In this document: positions 47,372 to 57,722 of the stretch, piece by piece
Layout: the number at the start of each line of letters is the position of its first letter
How positions within the stretch are numbered: position 1 is the first letter of the stretch
NCBI GenBank assembly: GCA_040508955.1
Contig: JBEVLV010000191.1
Span: forward strand, 1-57,788
DNA: 57,788 nucleotides
Source: Sphingomonas sp.
GTDB taxonomy: Bacteria > Pseudomonadota > Alphaproteobacteria > Sphingomonadales > Sphingomonadaceae
Direction of reading: 5' to 3'
Position numbers and translations under genes: made by a program
The notes under the pieces: generated by a model
What the model saw: the letters and a program-made list of their open reading frames with translations, nothing else
Told to the model about the DNA's origin: nothing
Databases searched by the model: none

Positions 47372-50300
47372 GTGATTTCGTGCAATTCGCTCCTGATCGG
47401 CGCCGCCGTCATCGCTGCACTCGGGGTAGCCGCCCCGGCTCAGGCCCAGACCCACAGTTTCGATATCCCCGCCCAGCTCGCGGTCAAGGCGATCCCCGAG
47501 CTCGCCCGCCAGGCGCGGATCCAGATCGTAGCCTCGGCGCGCGATCTGAATGGCGTGCGCACGCCGGCGATCAAGGGTTCGATGGACGCGCGCGAGGCGC
47601 TACGCCGCCTGATCGCGGGCACTCCGCTCGAAATCGTCGGCGACGATGGGCAGGTGATAACGCTACGCTCGCGGCGTGGCTCGCAATCCGAGCGCGCATC
47701 CGGCAAGGGCATGATCTCCGGCCAGGTCCTCGACCCCGCGACCCGGGAGTATCTGCGCGACGCGATCGTCGAGGTCATCGCGGCGAATGGCGCTCGCCGG
47801 ATGGTCACGACCAGCGAAAGCGGCGAGTATCGCATGGTCGATGTGCCGGCGGGTCCGGCCGAGATAACTATCCGCTACACCGGCTATTCCCAGCAGAATG
47901 CCAGCGTCCGCGTCTCGGCCGGGCAGACTGCGCGACAGGACTTCGCTCTGTTGCGACCCGGCGAGACCGCGCGCGAGGACGCCGAGATCGTGGTGGTCGG
48001 CGTGATCGAGGGCGATGCGCGCGCGATCATGAGCCAGCGCAAGTCGATGGACATCAAGAACAGCCTGTCGGCCGAATCCTATGGCGACATTGCTGATGGC
48101 AATCCGGGCGAGTTCATCAAGTACATGCCCGGCGTGGATACCGATGCGGACGGCGATGGCGATGGCACGGTGCGCAACGTCAGTTTGCGGGGTCTCCCTT
48201 CGGAATATACCGCCGTCACGATCAACGGCGTGAGCCTGGCTGGGGTGGATGCGAGCGCCGGCGCTGCGGGTTCGCGCACGTTCAGCTTCGAGCAGATGTC
48301 GTTGAGCTCGATCGACTCGATCGAGATCTCGAAGACGATCAGCGCCGATGTCGATGCGAACGCGCCGGCCGGCACGATCAACATCAAGACCAAGCGCGCC
48401 TTCGATCGCAAGGGGCGGCGCATCGTGGTGCAGGCCAGCGCCGCGACCCATGCCGACCTGTGGGATTCGAAGACGCGGACCGGCCCTGGCGAGGGCGGCT
48501 ATGGCCGCAAGCGTTTCCTGCCGAACTGGCAGGTGGAATATTCGGACGTGCTGTTCGGCGGCCGGCTGGGCGTGGTGGCCAGCTTGAGCAAGTCGGACCT
48601 CTATCTCGAGCATGAGCAGACCACGCTCGGCCGCAGCAACGCGCCCACCGCGATCAGCCCTGAGCCGCTGGCGATCACGACGATCGAGAACCAGCTCGAC
48701 ACGCGCGAGATCTCGCGCCTCTCGGGCTCGCTCAACCTGGATTTCAAGGCCAGCGACAAGCTCGTCCTGTCGGTGGCGTCGATCTACAACAAGTCCGGCA
48801 TCTGGGCGGGATCGACCGCCTACAAGTTCACCACCGGCGCGCGCACGCGCGGCGTGATCGGCGATCCGGTGTTCGACATCACCACCCAACAGGCGGCGAC
48901 CGCGGCGACGATGTCGATCCAGAACTCGCTCAATTACAAGGACGGCGAGGGCAAGACGATCATCCCCAGCTTCTCCTACAACGACGGCCGGCTGACGGTG
49001 GAGGGCAACGGCTTCTATTCGAGCTCGGTCAGCACCTATGATCCGGAAGGCAAGAAGGACTCGGCCTATGTGTTGAGCGCGCTGACCGCCCAGGGCAATT
49101 TCTCCGCGCAGCGCGAACCGGGCAACCTGCTCGGCGAGGCGTGGCAGATCCAGCAGATCAGCGGCCGCGACTGGACCGATCCGGCGAGCTTCTCGGCACC
49201 CAATCCGCTGATTCTCCGGCTCAACAACGGGCCCTATGCGAAGCAGACCCAGCGCGGCGGCGCCCTGAACCTCACCTATCGCGCGGAATTCGGCTCGGTG
49301 CCGGTGACGTTCAAGACGGGCTTCAAGAACCAGCGCACCCAATGGCTGTACCGGGACGATACCGATCTCAGCCGCTACAAATATGTCGGGCCGCTCTCGA
49401 TCAGCCAGCTCCTCGCCCAGATCCAGAGCGCCAACCAGGTCTCGTTCGCCGATAGCGGCATCAGCATCCGTTCGCTCAGCGGCAGCGAGGATCTCTACAT
49501 GCCGAGCGATTACAAGCTGCTTCAACTTTATCGCGAGCATCCCGAATATTGGACGCAGACGACCGCATCGACACCGACCGAATGGTATGGCGTCCATGTC
49601 GGCAACAACCGGCAGTTCAGCGAGGAGACCAACGCCGCCTATGCGATGGCCACCGCCGAGCCCAGCGGCAGGCTGAAGCTGCGCGCCGGCCTGCGCTGGG
49701 AGCGGACGCAGACCATGGCGCTGGAGGTCGATCCGCTTTCCCTGCAGGACGTGGCGGCGGCCGGCTTTCCGGTCTCCGCCTCCACCGGCCAGGCGACCAC
49801 GATCCCCGGCCTGGAATATCAGTATCTGTCGCAGCCGAAGATCGAACGGAAGGGCCGGTACGACCATTTCTTTCCGAGCGCGGCGCTGAAATATGCCTTC
49901 ACGCGGAGCACCGACCTGCAGATCGGCTACAGCCGGACGATCCGCAGGCCCGAGGTCGCCGACCTCACCGGAATCTGGTCGATCGACGATCTGAACAAGG
50001 TCATCCGGGCACCCAATCCGGGCCTGAAGCCCGAGATCTCGGACAATGTCTCGGTCCGCCTCGCGCAATATTTCGAGCCGGTCGGCCTGATCGCGATCAA
50101 CTATTACCAGAACCGCGTGCGGGGCCTGTTCCAGGCGCAGGATCTGACCGCCGAGGAGTTCGGCAATACCGACCCGGCCTATGCCGACTATATCTTCCGC
50201 ACGACCACTACGACCGGCGGCCAGGCGATCAACATCCGCGGCTGGGAGTTCGAATTCAACCACGCGCTGACCTGGCTGCCGTCGCCGCTCGACGGCCTGT

Positions 50301-50671
50301 CGGTACGCGGCTCGCTCAGCATGAACTATCCCGATATTCCCATCGTGGGCGTCGCCGACAAGATGGGAAACCTCTCGCTTTCCTATCGCAAGGGGCCGGT
50401 TAAACTGTTCCTCAACACCGCCTGGACCGGCAAGAAATACCGCAGCACCACGCCTTCCTATTATGACGATTTCTGGGACGTCAGCCTTTCGGGCAGCGTG
50501 GCGCTCCGTCGAAACCTCGAGACCTTCTTTGCGATCCGCAACCTGCTCAACAGCGCGCGCAACGTCATCGTCGACGGCGCGACGGTCACCGCCGGCCCCG
50601 TCGGCGACTACAGCGCCGTCTATCTCAAGGCGGGCGTGAGCGGGACCATGGGCCTGCGCGCGCGCTTCTGA
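47372..50671 (+). CDS. TonB-dependent transducer (STN + carboxypeptidase-regulatory-like domain)
   Basis: Signal peptide; FDIPAQ...IPELARQARIQI (STN); GMISGQV...SGEYR..DVPAG; YGDIADGNPGEFIKYMPGV; PNPGLKPE; ends in ARF. Confidence 0.92.
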   Translation: MISCNSLLIGAAVIAALGVAAPAQAQTHSFDIPAQLAVKAIPELARQARIQIVASARDLNGVRTPAIKGSMDAREALRRLIAGTPLEIVGDDGQVITLRSRRGSQSERASGKGMISGQVLDPATREYLRDAIVEVIAANGARRMVTTSESGEYRMVDVPAGPAEITIRYTGYSQQNASVRVSAGQTARQDFALLRPGETAREDAEIVVVGVIEGDARAIMSQRKSMDIKNSLSAESYGDIADGNPGEFIKYMPGVDTDADGDGDGTVRNVSLRGLPSEYTAVTINGVSLAGVDASAGAAGSRTFSFEQMSLSSIDSIEISKTISADVDANAPAGTINIKTKRAFDRKGRRIVVQASAATHADLWDSKTRTGPGEGGYGRKRFLPNWQVEYSDVLFGGRLGVVASLSKSDLYLEHEQTTLGRSNAPTAISPEPLAITTIENQLDTREISRLSGSLNLDFKASDKLVLSVASIYNKSGIWAGSTAYKFTTGARTRGVIGDPVFDITTQQAATAATMSIQNSLNYKDGEGKTIIPSFSYNDGRLTVEGNGFYSSSVSTYDPEGKKDSAYVLSALTAQGNFSAQREPGNLLGEAWQIQQISGRDWTDPASFSAPNPLILRLNNGPYAKQTQRGGALNLTYRAEFGSVPVTFKTGFKNQRTQWLYRDDTDLSRYKYVGPLSISQLLAQIQSANQVSFADSGISIRSLSGSEDLYMPSDYKLLQLYREHPEYWTQTTASTPTEWYGVHVGNNRQFSEETNAAYAMATAEPSGRLKLRAGLRWERTQTMALEVDPLSLQDVAAAGFPVSASTGQATTIPGLEYQYLSQPKIERKGRYDHFFPSAALKYAFTRSTDLQIGYSRTIRRPEVADLTGIWSIDDLNKVIRAPNPGLKPEISDNVSVRLAQYFEPVGLIAINYYQNRVRGLFQAQDLTAEEFGNTDPAYADYIFRTTTTTGGQAINIRGWEFEFNHALTWLPSPLDGLSVRGSLSMNYPDIPIVGVADKMGNLSLSYRKGPVKLFLNTAWTGKKYRSTTPSYYDDFWDVSLSGSVALRRNLETFFAIRNLLNSARNVIVDGATVTAGPVGDYSAVYLKAGVSGTMGLRARF

Positions 50672-50699
50672 CCCTCATTCCAGACCGGAGAAAGACCGC

Positions 50700-52295
50700 A
50701 TGAACACGCTCGTCCTCGATCGCCGCAGGCTGCTCGCCGGCGCGGGCGGCCTGACCCTGTTCGCGGGGCTCGGATCCGTGGCCTGGGCTGCGCCGAAGTT
50801 CACGCGCTATCCCTTCTCGCTGGGGGTCGCATCGGGCGATCCGTGGCCGGACGGCTTCGTGATCTGGACGCGCCTGGCCCCCGAGCCGCTAGCGGAGCAT
50901 GGCGGCATGCCGATGGCGGCGGTGGCGGTGCGCTGGGAGGTCTCCGAAGACGCGCGCTTCACCCGCATCGTCCGGTCGGGCGAGGCGGTCGCGCGGCCCG
51001 AGCTGGCACACTCGGTCCATGTCGAGGTCGGCGGGCTCAAGCCGCGCCGGCCCTATTGGTACCGCTTCCTGGTCGAGGGCGCGGAGGTCAGCCCGGTCGG
51101 GATGGCCCGCACGGCGCCGGCCGCGAACAGTCCGGTGGACCGCATCCGGATGGCGGTCGCCGGCTGCCAGGCCCTTCCGCACGGCTGGTACGATGCCTGG
51201 CGGCACCTGAGCGAGGAGCCCGACCTCGACGCGGTGTTCCATTATGGCGACTATATCTACGAGACGGGCAACCATCCGGCACCCAAGAACCTGTTGATCC
51301 GCGACGCGGCCGGCAACCTGGTCGACCGCACGCATTTCGGCGACGAGATCTACAGCGTCGACGATTACCGGCGCCGCTACGCCCAGTACAAGAGCGACCC
51401 GGACCTCCAGGCGGCGCACGCCGCGGCGGCGTTCGTGATGTCGTTCGACGACCACGAGGTCGACAACAACTGGGCGAGCAAGTTCGATCAGGACGGGACG
51501 CCGCCCGAAGCCTTCCTCCTGCGCCGCTTCGCCGCGATGCAGGCCTGGTACGAGCATATGCCGGTCCGCCGCGCCCAGCTTCCGGGCCCGGGCGGCATCA
51601 CCATGTACCGCCGGCTCGACTTCGGTTCGCTGCTGCGCATGCATGTGCTCGACACGCGCAGCTATCGCGACGACCAGCCCTGCGAGAAACCCGGCGAGAC
51701 CGCGTGCCGCACGACCAACCGCCCCGAGACGACCATCATGGGCGCCGCGCAGGAAGCCTGGCTTGCGGACGGCTTCCGCAATACCGCGCGCTGGAACCTG
51801 ATCGCGCAGCAGGTCTTCGTGATGCCGCTCTACGAAGCGGGCCCCGGCGGGACCCGGCACCTCCGTCCCGGCCCGGACGCATGGAGCGGCTATCCGGCGG
51901 CGCGGGCGCGCCTGACCCGGTCGATCGCCGAGCACAAGCTGACCAACGTCGTCATCGCCACCGGCGACGCGCATATCCATGCCGTGGGGACGGTTCCCAT
52001 GCGCGACGACGAGCCCGATGGTCCGGCCGCCGCGGTCGAGTTCCTCGCGACCTCGATCACCTCGGGCGGGGACGGGTCCCCGGGTGAAATCCCCCGCCAC
52101 AAGGCGCTCAGGGCCGACAGCCCCAATGTCGCGCTGCTGAACGACCAGCGCGGCTACCAGACCTACGACATCACGCCGAAGGAATGGCGCACCGACGTGA
52201 AGGTGATCGACCGGGTCCAGTCTCCCGGCGGCAAGCTCGGCACGCTGGCGCGCTTCGCCGTCACGCCCGACAAGAGCGAGTTGCACCGGGTTTAG
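50700..52295 (+). CDS. phoD: PhoD-family alkaline phosphatase, Tat-exported
   Basis: DRRRLL; FSLGVASGDP; IWTRLAP; GDYIYE; DDHEVDNN; LDTRSYR; DAWSGY; TGDAH. Confidence 0.93.
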   Translation: MNTLVLDRRRLLAGAGGLTLFAGLGSVAWAAPKFTRYPFSLGVASGDPWPDGFVIWTRLAPEPLAEHGGMPMAAVAVRWEVSEDARFTRIVRSGEAVARPELAHSVHVEVGGLKPRRPYWYRFLVEGAEVSPVGMARTAPAANSPVDRIRMAVAGCQALPHGWYDAWRHLSEEPDLDAVFHYGDYIYETGNHPAPKNLLIRDAAGNLVDRTHFGDEIYSVDDYRRRYAQYKSDPDLQAAHAAAAFVMSFDDHEVDNNWASKFDQDGTPPEAFLLRRFAAMQAWYEHMPVRRAQLPGPGGITMYRRLDFGSLLRMHVLDTRSYRDDQPCEKPGETACRTTNRPETTIMGAAQEAWLADGFRNTARWNLIAQQVFVMPLYEAGPGGTRHLRPGPDAWSGYPAARARLTRSIAEHKLTNVVIATGDAHIHAVGTVPMRDDEPDGPAAAVEFLATSITSGGDGSPGEIPRHKALRADSPNVALLNDQRGYQTYDITPKEWRTDVKVIDRVQSPGGKLGTLARFAVTPDKSELHRV

Positions 52296-54268
52296 GGAAT
52301 AATGGTCGTGACGATAAGGTCGGCGGCCTCATCGGCGGTCATCCGCATCGTATCGATGCGGATATCGGGATCGAGCGGGGATTCGTAGCGGCTGTCGATC
52401 CCGGTGAAATTGTCGAGCGCGCCGCTGCGGGCCTTGGCATAAAGCCCTTTGACGTCACGTTCCTCGGCGACGGCCAGGGGGGTGTCCACGAAAATCTCGA
52501 CGAACTGGCCATCGCCGATCAACTCGCGCACCATCTTCCGCTCGGTGCGGAAGGGCGAGATGAAGGCCGCGATCACGATCAGCCCGGCATCGGTCATCAA
52601 ACGCGCAACCTCGCCGACGCGGCGCAGATTCTCGATCCGATCCACCTCGGTGAAACCCAGGTCGCGGTTCAGCCCCTGACGGATATTGTCGCCGTCGAGC
52701 AGGAAGGTGTGACGGTGCATGCGGCAAAGCCGCTGCTCGACCTTGTTGGCGATCGTGGACTTGCCCGCGCCCGACAGGCCGGTGAACCACAGCACCATCG
52801 GCGTCTGATTCTTGAGGCGCATCCGCTGCTCGCGGTCGACGTCGAAATGCTGGCGATGCGTGTTCTGCGCGCGCCGCAGCGCGAAATTGAGCACCCCGGC
52901 ACCGATGGTGGCGTTGCTGACCTTGTCGATCAGGATGAACCCGCCCAGCGCCTTGCTCTCGGCATAGGGAGCGAAGACGATCGGACGGTCGGTCGTCAGT
53001 TCGGTGACGCCGATCGCATTCAGTTCGAGCGATTTCGCGGCGAGATGCTCCATGGTGTCGATGCCCAGCTGATATTTGGGCGGCTGCACGGTGGCTGATA
53101 CCAGCTGAGGCCCGCATTTGAGCCAATAGGATCGACCGGGCACCATCGGCGCCTCGTCCATCCAGAAAAGCTTCGCCTCGAATTGGTCCGCGCATTGCGG
53201 CGGATCGCCGGCCGCGCAGATGGCGCCGCCGCGCGGGCAATCCACCTCATCGACCAGGGTAAGTGTCACGGCCTGGCCAGCTACCGCCATGTCCAGATCG
53301 CCTGCCGCGGTCACGATGCGCGCGATGGAGGAGGTTCGCCCGGCGGGCAGTACTCGGACGGCATCGCCGGGCCGTACCTCGCCGCTTGCGATCAGTCCGG
53401 CAAAGCCGCGGAAGTCGAGATTGGCCCGGTTGACCCATTGGACCGGCATGCAGAACGGCCGCTCCTGATCCACCTCCGCGTCTAGCGGAACGCTCTCCAG
53501 ATGATCGAGGAGTGTCGGACCCTCGTACCAGGGGCAGTGGGGCGATCGCGCGGCGATATTGTCCCCGTTGCGCCCGCACACGGGGATCGCCGTAAACGCC
53601 GTGATCCCGGCAGTGGCGGCGAAGTCGCGATAGTCATCAACGATCGCGTCGAATGTCGCCCGGTCGTAGCCGACCAGGTCCATCTTGTTGACCGCCAGCA
53701 CGATATTGCGAACGCCGAGCAGGTGGACGAGGCAGGTGTGGCGGCGGGTCTGGGTCAGTATGCCCTTCCGGGCATCGACCAGGATGATGGCCAGGTCGGC
53801 GGTCGACGCGCCCGTCACCATGTTGCGGGTATATTGCTCGTGGCCGGGCGTGTCGGCGACGATGAACTTCCGCCGTTCGGTCGCGAAGAAGCGATAGGCG
53901 ACATCGATCGTGATGCCCTGCTCGCGCTCCGCCGACAGGCCGTCGAGGAGCAGCGCGAAATCGATCGTCTTGCTTCGGGTGCCGACCCTCCGGGAATCTT
54001 CGGCCAATGTTGCCAGCTGGTCCTCGAGGATCGTCTTGGTGTCGTAGAGCAGCCGGCCGATCAGGGTCGACTTGCCGTCGTCCACCGATCCGCAGGTGAG
54101 GAAGCGCAGGAGGGTCTTGCTCCGGTGCGAGGCGAGATAGGTTTCGACATCGGCGGCGGCGGGAGGATCGGGGAGGGTATCCGGGCCTTGTTCCGTGAGC
54201 CCCGGCACGATCCGGGAGAGAGTTTCGTCGTTCGAGCGCGCGCGGGGAAGAACCGGTTCGCCGTCCAT
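52292..54268 (-). CDS. cysNC: Bifunctional sulfate adenylyltransferase large subunit / APS kinase (CysNC, NodQ/RaxQ type)
   Basis: CGSVDDGKST, EREQGITIDVAY, DTPGHEQYTRNM, NKMD; C-terminal WFTGLSGAGKST, LDGDNIR, FISPF. Confidence 0.95.
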   Translation of the reverse strand: MDGEPVLPRARSNDETLSRIVPGLTEQGPDTLPDPPAAADVETYLASHRSKTLLRFLTCGSVDDGKSTLIGRLLYDTKTILEDQLATLAEDSRRVGTRSKTIDFALLLDGLSAEREQGITIDVAYRFFATERRKFIVADTPGHEQYTRNMVTGASTADLAIILVDARKGILTQTRRHTCLVHLLGVRNIVLAVNKMDLVGYDRATFDAIVDDYRDFAATAGITAFTAIPVCGRNGDNIAARSPHCPWYEGPTLLDHLESVPLDAEVDQERPFCMPVQWVNRANLDFRGFAGLIASGEVRPGDAVRVLPAGRTSSIARIVTAAGDLDMAVAGQAVTLTLVDEVDCPRGGAICAAGDPPQCADQFEAKLFWMDEAPMVPGRSYWLKCGPQLVSATVQPPKYQLGIDTMEHLAAKSLELNAIGVTELTTDRPIVFAPYAESKALGGFILIDKVSNATIGAGVLNFALRRAQNTHRQHFDVDREQRMRLKNQTPMVLWFTGLSGAGKSTIANKVEQRLCRMHRHTFLLDGDNIRQGLNRDLGFTEVDRIENLRRVGEVARLMTDAGLIVIAAFISPFRTERKMVRELIGDGQFVEIFVDTPLAVAEERDVKGLYAKARSGALDNFTGIDSRYESPLDPDIRIDTMRMTADEAADLIVTTIIP

Positions 54269-55170
54269 CAGAAATACCCCTCCGCTTTCTTCTTCTCCAT
54301 GCTCGCGGCGGGATCGTGGTCGATCACCCGGCTATGGCGTTCGGAAACGGTGCTGACGAGCATTTCGGCGATGATCTGCGGAAGCGTCGTCGCGCGGCTC
54401 TCGATCGCGCCGGTCAGCGGGTAGCAGCCGAGCGTCCGAAACCGTATCGACCGGCCGACGATCTCTTCTCCGGGTTCGAAGCGGAAGCGATCATCGTCGA
54501 TCATCAGGATCGTGCCGTTCCGCTTCACGGTCGGTCTGAACGCGCTGAAATAGAGCGGCGCGATCGCGATCCGCTCAAGATGGATATATTGCCATACATC
54601 CAGCTCGGTCCAGTTGGAGAGGGGGAAGACGCGGAAATTCTCCCCCGGCGCCTTGCGGACATTGTAGAGGTTCCACAATTCGGGACGCTGGTTCCTGGGA
54701 TCCCAGCGGTGGCCGGCGCTACGGAAACTGAAAACCCGTTCCTTGGCTCTCGACTTTTCTTCGTCGCGCCGCGCGCCGCACAGAGCGGCGTCGAAGCGAT
54801 GCCGGTCGATCGCCTGTTTCAGCCCCTCGGTCTTCCACATGTCGGTATGGAGAGCGCCATGGTCGAAGGGGTTGATCCCGCGTGCGAGCGCTTCGGGATT
54901 GCGATGGATGATCAACTCCATTCCCGCGGCCGCGGCCGAGGTATCGCGGATGCGGTACATGTCGCGGAATTTCCACGTCGTATCCACGTGCAGCAGCGGG
55001 AAGGGCGGAGGCGAAGGATAGAAGGCCTTGCGCGCAAGATGCAGCATGACCGCCGAATCCTTGCCCGCAGAATAGAGCATCACGGGTCGCTGGGCCTCTG
55101 CAACAACCTCTCGCATGATGTGGATGCTCTCGGCTTCGAGCCGTTCGATCTGTGTAAGGCTGCGTGCCAT
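54268..55170 (-). CDS. cysD: Sulfate adenylyltransferase small subunit
   Basis: [69 protein letters not shown]; TGATG overlap with cysNC. Confidence 0.96.
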   Translation of the reverse strand: MARSLTQIERLEAESIHIMREVVAEAQRPVMLYSAGKDSAVMLHLARKAFYPSPPPFPLLHVDTTWKFRDMYRIRDTSAAAAGMELIIHRNPEALARGINPFDHGALHTDMWKTEGLKQAIDRHRFDAALCGARRDEEKSRAKERVFSFRSAGHRWDPRNQRPELWNLYNVRKAPGENFRVFPLSNWTELDVWQYIHLERIAIAPLYFSAFRPTVKRNGTILMIDDDRFRFEPGEEIVGRSIRFRTLGCYPLTGAIESRATTLPQIIAEMLVSTVSERHSRVIDHDPAASMEKKKAEGYF

Positions 55171-55298
55171 GGATATCCCGGAATCGGCACCGACCAACAT
55201 GGTGCGCGATCGTCAGGATGACACAGGGGCGCTCGGGCGCCGCTTACCATTCCTGCGTACTTCGCAAAGGGATTGGGGGTAATCTTCCCGGCTCCGCC

Positions 55299-57722
55299 TC
55301 AATACATGGCGCGACCGCAATTATATGCCGGCACCCGGCCGGTCCCGCCGCCGATCTGGCCGGTGTAGCGCGTGTCGTCCTGCGCCAGCGCGTTCAGATA
55401 CTCCTCGATATTGGGATATCCGTCGCCGTCCTTGTCGTCGTTGGCGTCCCAGACCAGCGGGTTGGTATTCCGGAAGCGGCGCTCCCAATCGTCGGGCATG
55501 CCGTCATTGTCGCTATCGACCTTTGCCGGGCCCGGCGTGATCTGCGCCCAACCGCCCGCTTCTGCGACGGTCGAGGGCCATTTGGACGCGAACAGATAGG
55601 GGGCTGAATCGCAGGTCCGCACGTCGTCGATGTAGAGCGCGTCGACATTGTCGCGGCACGGCCCGTCGCGGCACTGATCGGCGCCGGCAAATGCAAGCAC
55701 GTCCCGCATCGCCTGTTCGGCGGATGTCACCTGCCAGGGATAGAAGGTCTGGGCGCTCGCTCCCGGACGCAGGGCATAGGATGCGTTCTGCACCACCGCG
55801 AGGCCGGTGCGGCTGCAGTCCTGGAGCCCGGCGGACGTCACGCCGCAGACGGTTGACGGCACGACATGGGCGATGAAGCCCGCGCTGTTGACGAACGGAT
55901 CGGTCGTCGTGCTGCCGAACTGTCCGGAAATGCGGGTCCGGGGGGTCACGTTGCCGTCCGAATAGATCGAGAAGCCGAAGGGCTGCTGGGCGCCGTTGCT
56001 GTAAAGGCCGATCATATAGTTGCCGTCGCTGGCATTGTAACGCGGCCCTCGAAGCGCGACGTTGCCGATCCAGTTCGCATAGACGCTGCCGAACTGGTTC
56101 GAGATCAGTCCCGTCTCCGCAATGAAATCATAGAGTACATTGTTGAAGATATCGGCCTGGCCCGTATTCCCTGCCGGCGGCAGGGCGATCCCGACCGAGA
56201 TATTGAGCCCGCGCTGCTCGCCATGCTGCGACAGGTTGTGCGCGATCGTGATCGACGAGGCCGGCTTCAGGAAGAACGTCTTGCAGTGCAGCGACGAGGT
56301 GTGGCCCGCGTTGAGGCAGATATTGGGCCCGATGATCGACCATTGGACGGTGCAGTTCGTGCAGGCCATGTCGAGGCTCTCGTCGGTTCCGAACATCGTC
56401 GAGACATGATCGAGGATCTGGTTGTTGGTGCCCGACATCCGGATCGGATCGCCATTTTCCGAGGTGCGCCCGACATGCGGACCCGTGCGCGTGCGGACAT
56501 GGCGGAGGATCATATCGTTGCCGCCCTTGCGCGTATCGACGAGGGAATCGACGGGATTGTAATTGGCGCCCAGCCTGAACTCGATGCCCCCCGGCGAGGT
56601 CTGCCCTGCGATGTAGATCTTGGGCACGGTGATGAAGGCCGAGGACTGCAGGACGATCGCGCCGGCGACATCGAACACGCAGTAACGCGGTCGATTGGCC
56701 GGAATGGCGTAGGGGGTGGTCACGACCAGCGCGAGTGCGCATTCACGGTAGCTGATCTTGCCGTCCGCCGGCGCCGCGACGTCGTCGAGCGTATTGATCT
56801 TGTAGACGACCGCGTCCGGGCTGCGTACGCTGGTGAACTTGCCGAAGCCGGTCGCGGTCGGAAATGCGATCGGATGCTGCGCACGATCGGGGATGGCGCC
56901 GTCATCGGGATTGGCGAAGGCGGAGCCCGACCCGCCACCCGCTGGTGCAACGGTGACTGTCGTTGACGCGGTTTGCGCCGAGCCCGAGATGACGCAGTTC
57001 AACTGATAAACCGTCGACTGCGTCGGGCGAACGACCGCTGAGCCGCTGGCGGGCTTCACGCCGGTGAACGCGGAATCGCCGCTCGCCGTGCAGGTGGAAG
57101 CACCGCTTGCGGTCCAGCGCAGCGTGCTCGATCCACCTGGCGAAATCGCCGAAGGGTCGGCGCCGAAGCTGATCGCGACCGGTGCCGCGACGGTGACCGT
57201 CGCCTGTGCGCTGGCGCTGCCGGCGCCGCTTGCGCATGTCAGGGTAAAGACGGTCGTTTGCGAAAGCGATATGGTTGCCGAGCCGCTCGGATTCTTCGTG
57301 CCGACAAAGACGGGGCTGCCGGCTGCGCTGCAGGTCGTGGCGTTCGTGCTGGACCATGTCAGCACCGTCGATCCGCCTGCCGAGATCGTGGCGGGCGTGG
57401 CCGTCAGCACGATTGTCGGCAGGTTTCCGTCCACGGAAAGGACGTCCTGAAATACCCAGCCATCCGCACCATTCGCGAAATCGACGAGCCACCAGGTCTT
57501 TTTGCCCTGTTTGATCGGTCCGCCGATCACGGTGCCCGACGCACCGGCATCCTGGACGCCGACGCCGGTCACGAAATCGCTCTGCATGATGCGCAACTTG
57601 GCGGTCAGCGTCACACGCGATCCCAGCTGCACCGGCGCGGCGCGCGCGCCAACAACCAAGACTATGGCTATCAGCAGGACAATGCCAATAATGTATTTAT
57701 GATAGGCGCGAAAAATACTCAT
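55299..57722 (-). CDS. Modular secreted pectate-lyase (PL1)-like protein with SH3-like and two Ig-like N-terminal domains
   Basis: Hydrophobic N-terminus; WWLVDF..GADGWV; two P..IS.GGS..L.W......C.A repeats; AFPTATGFG, VFDVAG, IAGQTSPGG, ILDHVS...DE; C-terminal DSDNDGMPDDWE...DGDGYPNIEEYLN. Confidence 0.8.
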   Translation of the reverse strand: MSIFRAYHKYIIGIVLLIAIVLVVGARAAPVQLGSRVTLTAKLRIMQSDFVTGVGVQDAGASGTVIGGPIKQGKKTWWLVDFANGADGWVFQDVLSVDGNLPTIVLTATPATISAGGSTVLTWSSTNATTCSAAGSPVFVGTKNPSGSATISLSQTTVFTLTCASGAGSASAQATVTVAAPVAISFGADPSAISPGGSSTLRWTASGASTCTASGDSAFTGVKPASGSAVVRPTQSTVYQLNCVISGSAQTASTTVTVAPAGGGSGSAFANPDDGAIPDRAQHPIAFPTATGFGKFTSVRSPDAVVYKINTLDDVAAPADGKISYRECALALVVTTPYAIPANRPRYCVFDVAGAIVLQSSAFITVPKIYIAGQTSPGGIEFRLGANYNPVDSLVDTRKGGNDMILRHVRTRTGPHVGRTSENGDPIRMSGTNNQILDHVSTMFGTDESLDMACTNCTVQWSIIGPNICLNAGHTSSLHCKTFFLKPASSITIAHNLSQHGEQRGLNISVGIALPPAGNTGQADIFNNVLYDFIAETGLISNQFGSVYANWIGNVALRGPRYNASDGNYMIGLYSNGAQQPFGFSIYSDGNVTPRTRISGQFGSTTTDPFVNSAGFIAHVVPSTVCGVTSAGLQDCSRTGLAVVQNASYALRPGASAQTFYPWQVTSAEQAMRDVLAFAGADQCRDGPCRDNVDALYIDDVRTCDSAPYLFASKWPSTVAEAGGWAQITPGPAKVDSDNDGMPDDWERRFRNTNPLVWDANDDKDGDGYPNIEEYLNALAQDDTRYTGQIGGGTGRVPAYNCGRAMY

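Noticed and set aside
47367-47375. ATG-GCG-TGA micro-ORF overlapping the transducer GTG start
   Set aside because: RBS spacing fits the GTG itself well; cannot be distinguished from chance.
47663-50263. 866-aa ORF and similar long ORFs (16949-19090, 25338-27095, 37240-39093, 43720-45597)
   Set aside because: All are antisense to well-supported genes and lack family motifs.
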